A stretch of DNA of 64,000 nt from Eledone cirrhosa (lineage: Eukaryota), in the NCBI GenBank assembly GCA_964016885.1, contig CAXHJY010001609.1, positions 62,001-126,000 of the forward strand, in the 5' to 3' direction. The notes under the pieces are model-generated. The model was not told where the DNA came from, searched no databases, and saw nothing but the letters and a program-made list of their open reading frames with translations. Below, piece after piece: positions 1 to 13,071 of the stretch (positions within the stretch are counted from its first letter, which is position 1; every line of letters begins with the position of its first letter). The position numbers and the translations under genes were made by a program.

Positions 1-1826
1 AGGAATGCCTTCAACTCTTTACGCAGGGATCATCTGCTCGAGGCCTGCCTCAGCGGAGCCCCCTCTGCCTAGCTCCTGGCCTACCTGTCATATGGAGCCC
101 CGAGCATGCTCCTAGCTGCTGATACGGTTATACTCTCGGCTACTGGGGGTCCAACAGGGCGACCCTTTGGGACCCCTCCTGTTCGCCCTTGGTGTTGACC
201 ACATCGCCCGGAGTATCACCGCCCCTCTCAACGTTTGGTATCTGGATGATGCTACGTTGGGCGGGCCCGTACGGACGGTCTGCCAAGACCTTCAATTGGT
301 GATTCCTGCCCTGGCGGGAATCGGCCTCCAGGTCAACTCGGCTAAATCGGAGGTGGTGAACGTCAGCCTCGATGCTGGGAGCTTTGCAGCCTCTGTCTTG
401 GACGTGCGGTCCATTCTCCCCCAGGTTCAGGTGACCCCCTAAAGAGGATGTCCTCATCCTCGGGTCACCGATCCATCCGCCGGCCATCCGCTGCACCATC
501 AGGTCCAGGCTTCAAAAGTTCCAGACTCTCACGAGCCAACTGGGCTTGATTGACGGCCACCCAGCTCTCTTTCTGCTGAGGAACTGCTTCGCCATGCCGA
601 AGCCCCTCTATACACTCCGCAGCGCTCCATGATACACCCAGACATCTCTCCTCGCTGACCTCGATACTTGTATGCGAGCAGCAGCCGGGGGGATATGCAC
701 CGTCAAGTTTGACGACATAGGGTGGCAACAGGCCACTTTACCGCTCAGGTATGGCAGCCTTCGCCTCCAGTCCCCGATCTCACTAGCTTTGCCGGCGTAT
801 CTTTCGTCGGTAACCTCGTGCCGCGTCCTCGTCAGCAGAGTTCTTCAAAACACAACAGAACCCTATGTGTTCAGAGAACGTGTGGCCGCCTGTGAGACGT
901 GGGACCGGCTGGGACTTAGCCCAGTAGACGTCCCTCCTCCTTCTTCTCCTGTTGACGTCAAGTCCCCCAATGCACATGGGATGCCATCCAGTGCAGCTTG
1001 GCCTCAGACAGGCTCACGCGCCAGCTCGACCAGCACCGCCTTGCTTGTTTTCGTGCGGCCTCCAAACCCCACAGTGGTGCCTGGCTCCATGCTCTGCCTT
1101 CCTTCTCCACTGGCACGCAGCTAGACAACCATAGCCTGCGATTCGGCGTTTCCCTGAGGCTCGGCCTCTGGATCTGCCAGCCACACCAATGTAGCTGCGG
1201 TTCCACCGTGAACTCTTTCGGCCTCCACCCGCTTTCCAGTCGCCACAGTGCCGGCCGCATTCCACGCCATGCTGCCCTCAACAAGGTTATTAAGCGTGGC
1301 TTGGACGCTGCAGGCTTCCCTTCCCAGCTCGAACCGGTGGGGCTGGATCGAGGGGACGTCAAAAGGCCAGATGGCATGACCATCTTCCCGTTGCGCGGTG
1401 GCAAACTCCTCGTCTGGGATCCACTTGCACCGACACTTTCTGCAGCCGCAACCTGGTGCAGTCTGCGACTGACCCAGGTTCTGCTGCATGTCGGGCTGAG
1501 GGGGCCAAACTCCTCAAATACCGGTCGCTCTCCGACAGGTTTGTAGTCGTACCCCTGGAAGTGGAAACTTCTGGTGTCCTCGGCTCCAGGGCTACCTCCT
1601 TACTCACCACCATAGGCGCTGAGGTGGCCAGCCGTAGGTGTGAGCCCCACGAGTTGGAGTGGCTTTTCCAGCGCGTCTCCCTTGCCGTCCTCCAGGGAAA
1701 CGCCTTCTCCATTCTGTCCGCCGGGGCTGTGGGTGGGCCCCATCACGTACCAATACATTAGTTAAATTCCATTCTTTCATCTGATACAACACAATAAAAC
1801 CGCTACAATATTAAACAAAAAAAAAA
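1..1826 (+). mobile_element. 3' part of a decayed CRE-clade non-LTR retrotransposon (RT plus restriction-like endonuclease) with poly(A) tail
   Basis: RT motifs NAFNS (nt 4-18), GVQQGDPLGPLLF (~147-185) and WYLDD. The C-terminus has CSCG..H..RH, then RPDG, WD and PLEVETSG, typical of RLE domains. Stops and frameshifts break the ORF (TAA 440, TGA ~630). AATAAA at ~1793 and an A-tract at ~1813-1826. The segment is GC-rich relative to its flank. Confidence 0.85.
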
Positions 1827-1987
1827 GTTTATTCAAATGGAATTAAGTGTAATTTAATAGGAAATAAGACGCTAGAGCAGCGAATGTTTACATAAAATAA
1901 AAGAACAACAAACAAGATGGCGACACGACAGGGAAATTTTTGTTTTTTTCTCAATATAAGCTTTATTTTAGCGCGGTTTGCCTTGTT

Positions 1988-2099
1988 GCCCGGGTTGTTC
2001 AGTCAGTAGCAGCCCCGTACGAACCTCAGGGGCCTACGACTTTACATGGTTCGAATCTCACCCTCTCCGGCTCTTCTCGAGTTATCTCCTACTCTTTTT
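1988..2099 (+). ncRNA. tRNA-derived pol III-like unit, copy U0 (tRNA pseudogene, SINE head or ncRNA)
   Basis: Starts GCCCGG with an A-box-like TGTTCAGTCAGTAG resembling tRNA-Lys 5' ends. B box GGTTCGAATC at 2048-2057, T5 at 2095-2099. No clean cloverleaf. Homologs at 16088-16202 and 15939-16045. Confidence 0.45.
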
Positions 2100-2224
2100 A
2101 CTTAGTTCCAGGTGACTGAAAAAGAGCAAAGAGGGCGCTGCGATCGGCTTTGCGAAGGAGCGGTGAGAGACTACGATATAAGGAAGGAGCAAAAAAGGAG
2201 AGATAGACAGATAAATGCGAGTCA

Positions 2225-2655
2225 CACTCTCCCCCTCTCTTTACATTTTTATGTCTATCTATCTCGTCCTTCTCCCCCTCTCTTTAAATCTTTTACTCTA
2301 TCTTCCGCGTATTTCTCACCCTCTCTTTACATCTATTACTCTATCTACCCCCTAGTTCTGGCCCTCTCTTTACATCTATAACTCTTTCTCCCTCTTATTT
2401 CTCCCCCTCTCTTAACATCTATTACTCTTATTCTCTCTTATATCTCTCCCTCTTTTTACATTTATAACTCTTTCTCCCTCTTATTTCTCCCTCTCTCTTA
2501 ACATCTATTACTCTTATTCTCTCTTATTTCTCTCCCTCTTTTTATATCTATTACTCTATCTACCTGTTAGTTCTCCCCCTCTATTTACATCTATAACTCT
2601 TTCTCCCTCTTATTTCTCCCCCTCTCTTTACATCTATTACTCTATCCTCCTCTTA
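2225..2655. repeat. CT-rich degenerate tandem repeat
   Basis: Reiterated ctctctttacatctattactctt / ttctccctcttatt motifs. Confidence 0.75.
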
Positions 2656-2898
2656 TGAGAGTACAAAATTACTTCCTTTAAATTTTTTTATTTTCAAAAT
2701 CATACATTTATTAGATTTTCAGAATTTCCACATAATCTTTACAATAGGATTAAAAAGAATATTAAACACTGGTAAAAAAGAAAACATTCTACGTTGGAGA
2801 CTATGTTAGTGCAAGACAGGGCGGTCCACCTGTATTGAGGACTGTAATATTTTATTTTACTAATTTTTCGATGTTAATTTATAATTTATAATTTAATT

Positions 2899-3361
2899 GG
2901 CACTACCATGCTATTAGCTGTCACAAGTTTCGTCAAACTTCTCAATAGTAAACATCCTTTATTTCTGTATTACCACGGGTTATTTTAATAAAGCATATTG
3001 ATGTCAGTGGTGTTACTTAAATGAAAATATAGGTGGCCCTTAAAAGGGGACAAATTAGAAAAGAAATTTAAGTTTATAAACAAATATATGGTTATCAAAT
3101 TTGTTTCACCAACCCTATACATGAAATTGATAACCATGACTATGAAAATATAAATGATTAAATCCAATTTATTTGATAACCATGACTTGTTTTCTAATCT
3201 TGCCCTTTTAAGGGCCACCTATGTTTTCATTTAAGTAACAACACCACTTACATGGATATGCTTTATTAAAATATAGCGTGGTAATATGGAAATAAAGGAT
3301 GTTTACGATTGAGAAGGTTGGCGAAACTTTCACTTGTGACAGCTAATAGCATGGTAGTGCC
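2899..3361. mobile_element. Foldback MITE-like element with long terminal inverted repeats
   Basis: Ends GGCACTACCATGCTATTAGCTGTCACAAGT and ACTTGTGACAGCTAATAGCATGGTAGTGCC. Imperfect arms extend ~165 bp inward. No clear TSD. Confidence 0.75.
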
Positions 3362-3769
3362 GAAAGTTAATATTCTGTAGATAAGATAGAGTGAGCTACA
3401 TGTTCCAGGGTAGGTGTTCCATCTCCTACATGATTAAATATTTCATTTCATGAGAAACTACGCTACATCGTGAATTGGTTGTTCCACATTTTACAGGACA
3501 GTGAGAAATAGGTTTAAATCACCAACATCTGAACAATTAGCTTTCCTGGTCTTTCTTGATTTTACACTTGGACTTGAAATATAAAGTACGTATCATTTGT
3601 ATTGTTAACACAGCAGATATTGTGTACTTTTCTACACTCCGTGGTGAACAATCCTCAATTATTAAGACACAAATACACACAGATACTCTCTCTTACACTT
3701 TCTTATACCGACACCAGTCTTACACAGTCATATATCTTCAGAACTGCGAAGAATTCTCCAACAATTACT

Positions 3770-5021
<1,252 letters not shown>

Positions 5022-5610
5022 TGTGTAATTAAGGGACCCTCTATCACCTGAGGTAATATATTTTCATTTGAAATTAAAATCTTTCTCTGATCCATTCTTG
5101 ACTTTTTGAATTAATTTTAAATCTATGCCAGAAATTTCATCATTGGTTTGTCAACACTAACATTTCCTGCTATAGTGTGTGTAATTAAGGGACCTCTATC
5201 ACCTAAGGTAATGTCTTGTCTGCTATGTTATATCTTAGAGCCCTACACCAAAGTTACCTCCTATAGTGTGTGTAATTAAGAGACCATCTCTCACCTGCTA
5301 TGAAAAGTTTTAGAGGCTTACACCAACATTGCCTGTTGTAGTGTGTCATTAAGGGACCCTCTATCACCCGAGGTAATGTCTTCTCTGCTATGTTAAATTT
5401 TAGAGCCCTACACCAACATTCCCTGTTGTAGTGTGTAATTAAGGACCCTCTATCACCTGAGGTAATGTGTTCTCTGCTATGTTATATTTTAGAGCCCTAC
5501 ACCAACATTCCCTGTTGTAGTGTGTAATTGGAGGACCCTCTGTCACATGAGGTATTGCTGTGAGTGTCTAGTCTCAGAAATTTTAGAGGGTAACACCAAC
5601 ATTCTCTGTT
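5022..5610. repeat. ~90-bp tandem repeat directly 3' of the ZNF array
   Basis: Unit gtgtaattaagggaccctctatcacctgaggtaatg...agagccctacaccaacattccctgttgta. Reverse-complement relatives lie at 23320-23500 and 40320-40700. Confidence 0.8.
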
Positions 5611-5832
5611 ATAGTAATTGAAGGAGTAGTTTTACCTGTTTTTCTTTTTCTTTCTGACTCCCTTTTTTTTTTATTGATTTCATTGTTTTGTAAACAATTT
5701 ATTAATTTTTCATAATTAATTTTATGAAGTGTATTTATGTCCTAAATTTCATTCTATTTGATGTTAATAAAAGAATTATATTTAAGGAATTTATCAAGTC
5801 TGTAACTTCAACTTTTTGTTATTTTGCCCTCT

Positions 5833-6545
5833 AAATCTCTGTTATTAACACCATATATAATAATATCACCTTGTAAGTAGTTTTAATACATCTAACACCC
5901 ATCTAAGTCTCTGTTATTAACACCATATATAATGATATCACCTTGTAAGTAGTTTTAATACATCTAACACCCATCTAAATCTCTGTTACTAACACCATAT
6001 GTAATGATATCATCTTGTTAGTAGTTTCAATACATCTAATACCCATCTAAATCTCTGTTATTAACACCATATGTAATGATATCATCTTGTAAGTCGTTTT
6101 AATACATCTAACACCCATCTAAATCTCTGTTATCAACACCATATGTAATGATATCATCTTGTAAGTAGTTTTAATACATCTAACACCCATCTAAATCTCT
6201 GTTATTAAAACCATATGTAATGATATCATCTTGTAAGTCGTTTTAATACATCTAACACCCATCTAAATCTGTTATTAACACCATATGTAATGATATCATC
6301 TTGTAAGTAGTTTCAATAGGATCTAACACCCATCTAAATCTCTGTTATTAACACCATATGTAATGATATCATCTTGTAAATAGTTTTAATACATCTAACA
6401 CCCATCTAAATCTCTGTTATTAACACTATGTAATGATATCACCTTGTGAGTAGTTTTAATACATCTAACACCCATCTAAATCTCTGTTATTAACACTATG
6501 TAATGATATCACCTTGTGAGTAGTTTTGATACATCTAACACAAAC
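5833..6545. repeat. 72-bp minisatellite, about 10 copies
   Basis: aaatctctgttattaacaccatatgtaatgatatcatcttgtaagtagttttaatacatctaacacccatct. Unit starts at 6121 and 6193 are 72 nt apart. Confidence 0.95.
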
Positions 6546-6770
6546 ACTTCAATATTGTTTAAAATGACTGAAATTCTATCACTCTTCGTATATTTTACAA
6601 CTGAAATTTAGAAATTTGACAATGTCCTGGTTACAGGGCCAATAACTTTGTTGATATCATTGTTTCCCTAAAGTAACAAGAAAAATTAAAACTTAGTCAC
6701 AAAAGATCACAAACTGTTGAAGTATTAGTTGTTTGTTGTTGAAGTTGTAGTAATGGAGATTTCTGGCATT

Positions 6771-7333
6771 CTTGGTCCCTAAACTACCTCCCTACTAACT
6801 GTTATCAGGGTGGAGTTAGCCACACACAGGAGTGTCTTGTTAAACTATAGTGGTGGAGACAATTGTCAGACTTGGTCCCCATACCACCTCCCTACTAACT
6901 GTTATCAGGGTGGAGTTAGCCACACACAGGAGTGTCTTGTTAAACTATAGTGGTGGAGACAATTGTCAGACTTGGTCCCTAAACTACCTCCCTACTAACT
7001 GTTATCAGGGTGGAGTTAGCCACCAACAGGAGTGTCTTGTTAAACTATAGTGGTGGAGACAATTGTCAGACTTGGTCCCTATACCACCTCCCTACTAATT
7101 GTTATCAGGGTGGAGTTAGCCACACACAGGAGTGTCTTGTTAAACTATAGTGGTGGAGACAATTGTCAGACTTGGTCCCTATACCACCTCCCTACTAACT
7201 GTTATCAGGGTGGAGTTAGCCACACACAGGAGTGTCTTGTTAAACTAGAGTGGTGGAGACAATTGTCAGACTTGGTCCCTAAACTACCTCCCTACTAACT
7301 CTTATCAGGGTGGAGTTGGCCACACACAGGAGT
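6771..7333. repeat. 100-bp tandem repeat, about 5.6 copies
   Basis: cttggtccc recurs at 6771, 6871, 6971, 7071, 7171 and 7271. Confidence 0.95.
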
Positions 7334-7689
7334 GAGCCCCAGAAGCTTTAAAAGCTATTTCAACACATCTCACTTGCTGTCCCCCAGGGTAACCCCTTTC
7401 ACTATTCTGTCCTCTCCTGGGACCACAAGGTAGCTGGTACCTAATGTTCTCCATGCCTGAGAGAATTCTCCCACACTGTCCAGGTTTGTATCAGTGGGGA
7501 TGGTGATGGTATAGTTTACTGATTGTTGTTAGTCACAGTAAATTATAAGAAATGTTTCAAGAAATATGAAACAACAAATATTATTTGCTAAAACTAGTTA
7601 AATCTCTATTGATTTGTAAATTAGGCTCAAGAGCAGCAGATTTAGGAGAGGAGCAAAGCTGATTAAATCAACCCCAATTCAGATCAGAT

Positions 7690-8297
7690 GACCGTATCTT
7701 GGTTTCCATGACTGAATAGCCTTCATAACGCCAACTCCATTTGCAGTGTGTACTGGGTGCTTTCTTCAGTATCACCAAAATGAGCCCAGTGTGGACTGGG
7801 CACTATCATGACACCAAAATGACTACTTTACAGTATGGACTAGATACTTTTTGTCATGGCACCAAGACAATCACATTACAGTGTCGACTATGGGCTGGGG
7901 TGGGGAGATTGATCAAATGTGGGGCACTTATCTGGTGAAGGGTGGGGTGTTTGGGATGTATGTGGAGTGTTAGGACATGGGTGGAGGGAGGTGTGTTAGG
8001 GCGTGGGAATTGGGTGAAAGGGGGAGGGTATGGTAGGATGTGCATACTAGATGTATACTTCAACCATGCACATTGGAGGGCAAGTCCTCGGTATAACTAC
8101 ATAATGCCAGATATCTCAATCCTGTGTCATCATTTGTGAGATGTGTAATTGTGCAAAGTCAGCTTTTATCACCTCACCCCAAGTCTACTCCATAGCTTCC
8201 ATCAACTGTGAGTAACCTGCGCCTTTGTATACTGCTGTCATCCTTTATACACATCACATGTCCATATCAATGTAATCTCCTCTCCTGCATACAGCAA
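7690..8297 (-). mobile_element. Degenerate RTE 3' fragment with long 3' UTR
   Basis: 8090-8297 matches the RTE C-terminal coding sequence (RLxWYGHVM region). 7720-7890 holds decayed tandem copies of the gcacccag..cacactgtaa module. Confidence 0.55.
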
Positions 8298-8695
8298 CAT
8301 ATATATCATCACCATCATTATCCTTTTTACAACAGTTTTCCAATACTTGCATGGGTTGGATGGGTCCATTGCAGCACAACATCTCTCCACTTTCCCCATT
8401 CCTCTGTCATCTCCTCTGTGAATCTCAGTAATTTGAGATCAGCTTTCATCACCTCTGTCCAGGTCTTTCTTGGTCTACTTCTACTGTAGCTTTGTTCCAC
8501 TGGGATTCCCTGGCACTTCTTCACCCAATGATCATCATCTATGTACACCAAATGTCCGTACCAACACAGTCTTCTCTCTTGCACACCACTTCGGATTCCT
8601 CTTAAATCCAGTTTCTCCCTCAGTTCATCCAAGCCCCGTCTTTCTTCCACATCCACTGAAGCATGGCTGCTTCATTTCTTTCAAGACAATGCATA

Positions 8696-9780
8696 TCCTC
8701 TGCAGTCACAGCCCATGTTTCACTACCATGTAGCACCACATGTCCTCTGCAGTCACTGCCCATGTTTCACTAACATGTAGCACCACATATCCTCTGCAGT
8801 GACATCCCATGTTTCACTACCATGTAGCACCATATGTCCTCTGCAGTCACTACCCATGTTTCACTACCATGTAGCACCACATATCCTCTGCAGTCACTGC
8901 CCATGTTTCACTACCATGTAGCACCACATATCCTCTGCAGTCACTGCCCATGTTTCACTACCATGTAGCACCAGATATCCTCTGCAGTCACAGCCCATGT
9001 TTCACTACCATGTAGCACCAGATATCCTCTGCAGTCACTGACTGTCCATGTTTCACCACCATGTAGCACCACATGTCCTCTGCAGTCACAGCCCATGTTT
9101 CACTACCATGTAGCACCACAAAAACCTCTGCAGTCACAGCCCATGTTTCACTAACATGTAGCACCACATATCCTCTGTAGTCACAGCCCATGTTTCACTA
9201 CAATGTAGCACCACATGTCCTCTGCAGTCACAGCCCATGTTTCACTACCATGTAGCACTACATATTCTCTGCAGTCACTGCCCATGTTTCACTACCATGT
9301 AGCATCACATGTCCTCTGCAGTCACTGCCCATGTTTCACCACCATGTAGCACTGCATATTCTCTGCAGTCACTGCCCATGTTTCACTACCATGTAGCACT
9401 ACATATTCTCTGCAGTCACTGCTCATGTTTCACTACCATGTAGCACCACATGTCCTCTGCAGTCACTGCCCATGTTTCACTACCATGTAGCACTACATAT
9501 TCTCTGCAGTCACTGCCCATGTTTCACTACCATGTAGCACTACATATTCTCTGCAGTCACTGCTCATGTTTCACTACCATGTAGCACTACATATTCTCTG
9601 CAGTCACTGCCCATGTTTCACTACCATGTAGCACTACATATTCTCTGCAGTCACTGCCCATGTTTCACTACCATGTAGCACTACATATTCTCTGCAGTCA
9701 CTGCCCATGTTTCACTACCATGTAGCACTACATATTCTCTGCAGTCACTGCTCATGTTTCACTACCATGTAGCACCACAA
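8696..9780. repeat. 47-bp minisatellite (~23 copies) derived from RTE coding sequence
   Basis: Unit tcctctgcagtcactgcccatgtttcactaccatgtagcaccacata. Its reverse strand encodes [14 protein letters not shown]. Confidence 0.9.
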
Positions 9781-10098
9781 TTCACACACAAACATCATAC
9801 AGTCATCCTTTTGTACATAGAGAAACTTTTATCAACAGTGGGAGTAGCTTTCTAAACTTCCCCCATCCTCTCCTTATTCTAGCTATTATGTTCTCAGGGT
9901 GCCCTCCTCTGCTGCTAATTAAGTCACCTAGATAACAGAGGCTATCAACCACTTCTATGGATCCTTCGGTGATAGGAATAGGCTTATATCATTGACACTC
10001 TTCTCCTCAATTTCACCTGTGTATCTTTTACATACAAACTCTTCCCTTCCTGTTAGCCTACCTGATATCTCACTACATCACTTGTGTATCCAAGATTT

Positions 10099-11712
10099 AC
10101 ATTGTGTACATTGTATAGAGTTTATGTCTACATTGTGTACATTGTATAGAGTTTATGTCTACATTGTGTACATTGTATAGAGTTTATGTCTACATTGTGT
10201 ACATTGTATAGAGTTTATGTCTACATTGTGTACATTGTATAGAGTTTATGTCTACATTGTGTACATTGTATAGAGTTTATACCTACATTGTGTACATTGT
10301 ATAGAGTTTATGTCTACATTGTGTACATTGTATAGAGTTTATACCTACATTGTGTACATTGTATAGAGTTTATACCTACATTGTGTACATTGTATAGAGT
10401 TTTTGTCTACATTGTGTACATTGTATAGAGTTTATACCTACATTGTGTACATTGTATAGAGTTTATGTCTACATTGTGTACGTTGTATATAGTTTATACC
10501 TACATTGTGTACATTGTATAGAGTTTATACCTACATTATGTACATTGTATAGAGTTTATGTCTACATTGTGTACATTCTGTAGAGTTTATACCTACATTG
10601 TGTACATTGTATAGAGGTTATGTCTACATTGTGTACATTGTATAGAGTTTATACCTACATTGTATACATTGTATAGAGGTTATGCCTACATTGTGTACAT
10701 TGTATAGAGTTTATACCTACATTGTGTACATTGTATAGAGTTTATACCTACATTGTGTACATTGTATAGAGTTTATATCTACATTGTGTACATTGTATAG
10801 AGTTTATGTCTACATTGTGTACATTGTATAGAGTTTATGTCTACATTGTGTACATTGTATAGAGTTTATACCTACATTGTGGACATTGTATAGAGTTTAT
10901 ACCTACATTGTGGACATTGTATAGAGTTTATGTCTACATTGTGTATATTGTATAGAGGTTATACCTACATTGTGTACATTGTATAGAGTTTATACCTACA
11001 TTGTGTACATTGTATAGAGTTTATGTCTACATTGTGTACATTGTATGGAGTTTATACCTACATTGTGTACATTGTATAGAGTTTATGTCTACATTGTGGA
11101 CATTGTATAGAGTTTATACTTACATTGTGTACATTGTATAGAGTTTATGTCTACATTGTGTACATTGTATAGAGTTTATGTCTACATTGTGTACATTGTA
11201 TAGAGTTTATACCTACATTGTGTACATTGTATAGAGTTTATACCTACATTGTGCACACAGTATAGAGTTTATACCTACATTGTATACATTGTATAGAGTT
11301 TATACCTACATTGTGTACATTGTATAGAGTTTATGTCTACATTGTGTACATTGTATAGAGTTTATGTCTACATTGTGTACATTGTATAGAGTTTATGTCT
11401 ACATTGTGTACATTGTATAGAGTTTATACCTACATTGTGTACATTGTATTGAGTTTATACCTACATTGTGTACATTGTATTGAGTTTATACCTGCATTGT
11501 GTACATTGTATAGAGTTTATACCGACGTTGTATACATTGTATAGAGTTTGTGTCTACATTGTGTACATTGTATAGAGTTTATGTCTACATTGTGTACATT
11601 GTATAGAGTTTATACCTACATTGTGTACATTGTATAGAGTTTATACCTACATTGTGTACATTGTATAGAGTTTATGTCTACATTGTGTACATTCTGTAGA
11701 GTTTATGCCTAC
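10099..11712. repeat. 31-bp minisatellite (~52 copies) derived from RTE Cys-rich coding sequence
   Basis: Unit tacattgtgtacattgtatagagtttatgtc. Its reverse strand encodes INSIQCTQC, matching INSIKCTQC of the intact ORF. Confidence 0.9.
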
Positions 11713-11869
11713 TTCTTTTCTAAATATTGAACAGGGCAACTTCCCCGTGGGAATCAAGGTCCTGTCTTCTTCCTACTTACTATTATATTAGTTTTGGGTA
11801 AGTTTTCTATCAAACCTTTTGATTCCAACTTCTGTTTCTGTAGAAAAGCCATACCACACTGCTCTTTGC

Positions 11870-12125
11870 GTGGGTTAATAAGAGACATGTCAAGGCATTC
11901 ATTAGAGGGGCCTGTTCGAAAAATATATTGCAGTCTCCATTTCATGCTGCAAAAACTTGTGATGAGCCTGCACCCTGTCCTGGGAGGCGTGGGATGGACG
12001 CTCAAATGTTGCCTATCCTGAGACCCCAAAGAGGGTCTGGAAGGGAGCAAGCCTTAACAGTTGGAACCTGGAACATCACAACCCTTACAGGTAAGGAGCA
12101 GGAACTAGTGGTGGAGGCTAGATGT
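11870..12125 (+). mobile_element. 5' fragment of a different RTE-type LINE (start of APE endonuclease)
   Basis: ORF 11928-12227 contains LTVGTWNITTLTGKEQELVVEA, the APE first-strand motif (TWN) typical of RTE elements. Confidence 0.6.
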
Positions 12126-12297
12126 TATCCCTCCCCAGTAAAGTTTATGCTGTGTGCCTGGCAAATAGATGATAATTTCACTGCTATTTCTAGCAGAGTG
12201 AGTAACCATGTAGAAGTTTTCTTATAGATATATAATTAATATTTTACTGAGTGATACTTTATGATTGACCATCGATTAGCTACGATTGGGACTGTGT

Positions 12298-12428
12298 CAG
12301 AATGTATTGAATTATATTGGGGACTTTTAACGTATGACACCGGTACGAGAGGTGAAACATTCTCAACGACACCGAGTACCTGCTGTCTTCATTATAACTT
12401 TAATTAATCTAATTATATCTTGTGTAAC

Positions 12429-12483
<55 letters not shown>

Positions 12484-12560
12484 ATTTTCTCTCCCCGACA
12501 TCAGTCTTACACTGTCATATCTATTCTTACTTTACAATTGTGTCTACTAAGAGTTCCATT
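12298..12560 (+). pseudogene. Remnant 5' region of a ZNF-cluster paralog that has lost its finger array
   Basis: Contains gaatgtatt.aattat.t.ggggactttt and catcagtcttacactgtcatat. Both are shared with upstream regions of the ZNF loci (3705-3735; reverse complements at 24060-24180 and 28140-28170). Confidence 0.5.
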
Positions 12561-12917
12561 ACAATCTGTAGTAGTAAAACTACTATTTCACCAGAACATC
12601 TGCTATCAGTCATTTATAGACAATATATATATATTTTAGACCACCTATCAACCTAATATATATATATTTCCTATCAAATCTGTAGCTAAAGACATAAAGT
12701 CAGCCTCACTACTTCATTCTGACAAGATATCAATTTATGACTAAAGATGAAGAAGATACACCAACGTTAATGTCGTGAAATAAAGCTGATAACATTGAAA
12801 CTTCTAATTTGATAACAAAGAGATTATTTCTTTGGTTGTTTAGTAACAACTAACAACACAACACATTGATTATATGTGAAGGAGGTAAGTTGACAAAGAT
12901 TTACTTGAAGTCTATAA

Positions 12918-13034
12918 TAATTGTTTCTACTTTAGGCACAAGGCCAGCAATTACTCAGTACATTACTGGTACTTTATTTTATCGACCCCGTAAGGATGAA
13001 AGGCAAAGTTAACCTCGGCGGGATTTGAACTCAG
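12918..13034 (-). mobile_element. Partial tRNA-derived SINE, family 1
   Basis: tactggtactttattttatcgaccccgtaaggatgaaaggcaaagttaacctcggcgggatttgaactcag. B box GAGTTCAAATC on the minus strand. Other copies near 17140, 18520, 18670, 22290, 22570, 30060, 35020, 35170, 38875, 39150, 47005 and 47720. Confidence 0.8.
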
Positions 13035-13071
13035 TCTATAATAATGATAGCCACAAATACTAACTGCTTTA

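Larger units (their letters stand above)
8303..11845 (-). mobile_element. 5'-truncated decayed RTE LINE inflated by two internal minisatellites
   Basis: (CAT)n-like tail at ~8304. ORF 8327-8656 reads ERRLCWYGH..RPRKTW. LHGSETW, YLGD-region and KQKLESKGL..KT remnants are collinear with the intact ORF at 55142-58210. Confidence 0.85.

Noticed and set aside
1925-1945. Sm-site-like AATTTTTG suggesting an SL RNA or snRNA target for the CRE element
   Set aside because: Imperfect consensus, no recognisable leader, donor or stem-loops, and common by chance in AT-rich DNA.
1988-2072. Functional tRNA (Lys or Sec) or vault RNA call
   Set aside because: Acceptor and anticodon stems do not close properly, so it is kept only as a tRNA-derived unit.
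5833-7333. Regular repeat arrays as CRISPR-like loci
   Set aside because: Head-to-tail units without unique spacers, no cas genes, and a eukaryotic context.
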